From the human T2T-CHM13v2.0 reference genome, Homo sapiens: 64,000 nucleotides of DNA. The stretch is taken from assembly GCF_009914755.1 (NCBI RefSeq), contig NC_060929.1, one strand, 5' to 3'. The first letter of the stretch is position 1. Each line of letters starts with the position of its first letter. The position numbers were made by a program, and so were the translations under genes. Under the pieces are notes generated by a model. That model saw only the letters and a program-made list of their open reading frames with translations. It did no database searches and was not told the origin of the DNA. Below are positions 59,775 through 64,000 of this stretch, piece after piece.

Positions 59775-61161
59775 TATAAGAATTCCTCCTGGGACACTTG
59801 CCTGGGGAACAAGCAAATCTAGGTATGTTTTTCTACATGGAATTTTTGCTGCACATCATGGTAAATTTTGTCCCCAGCAGTGTTCTGATAAAATAAGAAT
59901 TGGGCCACATTGTCTGCACGTAAGATTGAACTGGGAGTCCAGAGGCCTCTGGTCTCAACAAGTGTTGGCCACGTTTATGATTTGCAGTCTTAGGTGCATC
60001 ATATCCTCCCTGGGCATCTGTCCAACCAGGTGAACAACTCCTATCTTAATCACCCTTTAGAGATGGGGTGGCCAGGGCGTGAGAGCTGATGGTACTTTGC
60101 AGAGGCCAAGTCCTAAAGGATGATGTCATGATTGTTGTTAGCTATTTGTAGCAGTATTCATTGTTATACTGTGGATCTTATTTTGGCCCAATGATAATAA
60201 TACTGAAGATCTATATAACACCTGGCAATGTATAAAGGGCTCTTAATGCTGTGTTCTCACATAACCCACCCTATAGGTACCATATCATCTCTGCCTTATA
60301 GATGAGGATACGGAGTCTTAGAGAAGTTAAGGGATGAGGCTGCCAGCTCTTTCCTTTAACTGTTATTTAGTGCCTGCAATATACCAGTGACTGTGCTAGA
60401 AGCTTGTGATACCAAAATGCTTTCTTGAGAAATGGTCCCTTCCATCATGAAGGCCAGAGCGAGCCAGGACTCCAACTCCAGGCCTCTGACCCCAAATCCA
60501 CAGTTGTTCACACAGTGCCACTACCTGTCTCTGAATTGAGAATACGCGGTCAGTAGTTGTAGTCTTAGTGGTCCAGAACTGTCAGTGACTCAGTACTTGT
60601 TATGTGCCAGACACCCTTCCCAATCATTCTGATGAATGAATTTTTCTTATCTTTAAGGCCTGGGGAATTGGCCCAATGTTACATACCTAATAAGCAGTCA
60701 CATCAGGTCATAACAACAGTAGCAAGGACTTACTATGTGCCCAGTACTGTGCTTTGCAGGTTACAGATTATATCATAAAACCTTCAACCAAAATAACATG
60801 AGGAAAGAGCTTTTGTTATTCCCTTCAGAGAGATGAGCAACTTGCCCAAGGCCACACAGCCAGTGCTAAGAGGTTAGTGCCTGGTGATGAATCCACATCT
60901 CTATTGTACCAGGAACAGGGCAAGGACATTGCCTTGTTCATGTCTGCACCCCATTCCTGCAGAGCCTACTTCATTGTTGGCACATGGTAGGCACCCACAT
61001 GTGTTTGTTTAGAAAAAAAATAGGTTCCTTGAGATGACAAGCTGATCAAAGGAAGACAGTAACTGTCAAAGATTGCTCTGAGATGTCTGTTTCTTCATGG
61101 CATCTCCTGTTCCCTCAGTGCCATTAGGCACACCAGTCATGCTTGCTTTCTTGGCCCCCAG

Positions 61162-61404
61162 GATCGCCAACCTGAAGATCCAGCTGGCCAAGCTTGACAG
61201 TGAGGCCTGGCCTGGGGTGCTGGACTCAGAGAGGGACCGGCTGATCCTTATCAACGAGAAGGAGGAGCTGCTGAAGGAGATGCGCTTCATCAGCCCCCGC
61301 AAGTGGACCCAGGGGGAGGTGGAGCAGCTGGAGATGGCCCGGAAGCGGCTGGAAAAGGACCTGCAGGCAGCCCGGGACACCCAGAGCAAGGCGCTGACGG
61401 AGAG
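61162..61404 (+). CDS. WWC1: WWC1 coding exon 9 (243 nt; ~codons 314-395, coiled coil)
   Basis: ccccag|G; (R)[80 protein letters not shown](R); donor AG|gtgggg; phase 2-2. Confidence 0.97.
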
Positions 61405-62597
61405 GTGGGGCTGGGGCCCCAGGGTGTGTAGGACCCTTCTCTCACTGGCAGTCTGTCCTCAGCCCCCAGATGGGGGAAGAATGAGGGGGCTCCGGGCCCC
61501 TGGGCTCCACCCTGAGCACGCTCAGTTCAGAGATCTCTCAGGTTGCCGACATAGGAAATCAGGAAAGATGGTTTGCCATCCAGTGTGCCAGCTACCCTGG
61601 AATTTTGCATGGTGAATCATGCTACCAAAAAGTCTGCTTAGGTGCAGGTGTTCAAAAATGTATCTTCTGACTCAATTAAGCCACATAACTATATAATTTA
61701 AGCAGTCATTTTCCAACTTTTTGACAGTGATGCACATTTTATACTGTAACCTGATCCAAGGTTCACAAAATAGTGCATGCTCTTTCTACCTCTGATGGTC
61801 CTCTGATGTTTTCTCCCTTCTGTTGCATTTTGTTTCATGCAGTTCGTGACTCACCAAATTGATTTCACCCCATGCTAAGTAAGGGGTTGCAGTTTGCAGT
61901 TTGAAAAACACTGGTCTGGATAGGGGTTGCAAACTGGCATGCTTATAGGAGCCAAGCAGGTCACAGAAATGCTAGAGACCCACCTGGCAGTGGTCTGTGT
62001 TAGACCAGAGTGCACAGACCCCACTGGTCTAAAGCAGGTGCTGTCTCTCTGCTCCAGCAAATGGGAGTGCAGGCCTCGGGCTGCCAGAGCTGCCTGTACT
62101 TCAAACAAAAGAGTCGTTCAGATTTTTTATTTTTAAATATTGGGAACTAATCCAGAAGTTTTTTAAAAAAAATATGCAAATCAGCCTCATCTATGGGCCT
62201 GATATAACCTAAAAGCCACCGGTTTACATTCTTTAATTTAGACCTTATTATAGACATTGTCTTTGTTTATTTCCTTCAGTGTTCCCACCAACCTCCTCAC
62301 CCACATTGCACCGAATGCAACACTGCGTTCACCATAGGCTTTACAAAGCTCTCCAGCTTCATGTTCATTTATTCATTCTGTTCATCAGCCAATGTTTACT
62401 CATTCATTTGAGAAACCTTTTGCTGCACAGATTGTGTGTGCAAGGCAATTTGGGGCACTCAGAAATTAACAAGACATGGTCCCTGCCCCATGACCTTTAA
62501 ATCTATTCTAGTTATTTTCACCATTTTTTGGCAGGAGCCTTTATTCAGCAAGGTCCCTGCCCGTAAGGAGCTTAGAAGTGAAGCTAGAGATTTTCAA

Positions 62598-62599
62598 GT

Positions 62600-62630
<31 letters not shown>

Positions 62631-62681
62631 GGGGCGTGTGTGTGTGTGTGTGTGTGTGTGGCATATGTGGTGTGTGTGTGT
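62598..62681. repeat. (GT)n - G21 - (GT)n compound repeat
   Basis: Direct read; G run at 62614-62634. Confidence 0.93.
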
Positions 62682-63674
62682 TTGGAATATGAGCAAGGGA
62701 ATTCCTTTTTCTAGTGAAATCAGAGACAGAGGCCCAGTCTATGAAGCAAGTAAACGTGCCTACTGCCTCAGTGGAAGCAGTCGGGAGTCCTAGAGATGCT
62801 GTCTGTGCTCACTCTGTCACCCCATCATGGGGCTTCCAGGGAGCCTTTGAGCTCTAAGGCACCCAGCTTGCAGTACCATTCTAGCAACTGAGTAGGCCCC
62901 ACTTGCACATAGCATGGTGCCAGGTGGATCGGGTTCCCCAAGTTCTTGCCTGGCCTCCCATGGCTTCAGAGACCCCCTTGACTCATCGATGGTAGGAATC
63001 TCTCCGCACTAGTTGCTTAGTCAGAACCGCTAACAGTGATGTCCAAAGCGTATCCATTTCCTCTCTTCCGTTCTTCATTGGCAGCAGCAGCTGATTAGCC
63101 CTGATCCACCACCAGTTGGTGGGAGAAGGAGAAGGACAGAGCTTGAATAATTGGTGTTCTGCAGCCCTTGGAAGCACCTTGCTAGAAGTCTTCTTTAGCA
63201 CCACGACTCCATTCTGCTTTCTCTGGGATTTTACGCTTTGGGGATAAGGCCTGTGTCTATATGCCTGCATGCCTTTAGTGTTCGTTGAAAGAATAAATGG
63301 TTAGCTGGCCTAGGTAGACCCTTACTGGGCCTCTGTGTATATCTCCTGGTCTTTATACCCATTCCCTGGGTCCCTCACTTGCTCCCAGACCCTGTAATTG
63401 CCACTGGGAAGTCCTTAGCTATTCATCATCCCCACAGCCAGCAGCTGAAGAGAACAGATTCATGGAAGCTTCACTCCTTGTTGGGTCAAAAGCAATACGC
63501 TTCTCACTTGCTGACCTTGAGCAAGTCATTGACCAATTTGGGTTTCACTTGCATAATAGGGAAAAAACAGGATACATTAAGTCTCACTTAACATTTGTTA
63601 GTAGGTTCTTGGAAAACTGTGACTTTAAGCAAAACTACATACAATGAAACCAATTTTTTTCCATCAACTTTATG

Positions 63675-63972
63675 TTTTATTTTTATTTTTTTCGAGATGG
63701 AGTCTTGCCTTGTCACCCAGGCTGGAGCGCAGTGGCACGATCTCGGCTTACTGCAACTTCCACCTTCCGAGTTCAAGCAATTCTCCTGACTTAGCCTCCC
63801 GAGTAGCTGGGATTACAAGTGTGCACCACCACACCCAGCTAATTTTTGTATTTTAGTAGAGGTGGGGTTTCACCATGTTGGCCAGGCTGGTCTCAAATTC
63901 CTGACCTCAGGTGATCCACGTGCCTCGGCCTTCCAAAGTGCTGAGATTACAGGCATGACCCACTGCACCCAG
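63675..63972 (-). mobile_element. AluS
   Basis: Dimer; TSD tccatcaactttat. Confidence 0.95.
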
Positions 63973-64000
63973 CTCCATCAACTTTATTAAAAAATGACAT

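Noticed and set aside
61097-61615. 172-aa ORF as a standalone gene
   Set aside because: It is exon 9 plus in-frame intronic flanks; no independent start or poly(A) evidence.
61405-64000. Memory-associated SNP rs17070145 (WWC1 intron 9)
   Set aside because: Cannot be located from sequence alone and may lie beyond the window end.

Overview
Human (primate) genomic DNA from inside WWC1 (KIBRA), the Hippo-pathway and memory-associated scaffold, on the + strand. Eight internal coding exons (2-9, about codons 40-395) were placed from their translation and canonical AG/GT ends. Their lengths are 110, 204, 77, 80, 130, 147, 74 and 243 nt, and all phases join into one open frame covering the WW1-WW2 linker, WW2 and the coiled-coil region. 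Exon 1 and exons 10 onward lie outside the window. The rest is intron, dense in Alus (about 36), L1/HAL1/L2, MIR, MaLR LTRs, MER5/MER20/Tigger DNA elements and microsatellites; almost all other ORFs in the track are repeat-derived or spurious. I see no evidence of a new multi-gene biological system. The best second-look items are: a candidate in-frame alternative first exon in intron 2 (WW-less KIBRA); an in-frame cryptic donor in exon 7 that would delete the SQT LC8-type motif; a MEF2/RUNX/TEAD cluster in intron 5; a CCA- and poly(A)-bearing tRNA-Lys(CTT) retrocopy; an Alu with a 66-bp flanking duplication; a templated-insertion/snap-back scar; a near-full-length HAL1; and several non-B DNA/RNA motifs. 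Repeat family names are from recall of consensus sequences, and repeat boundaries are approximate.
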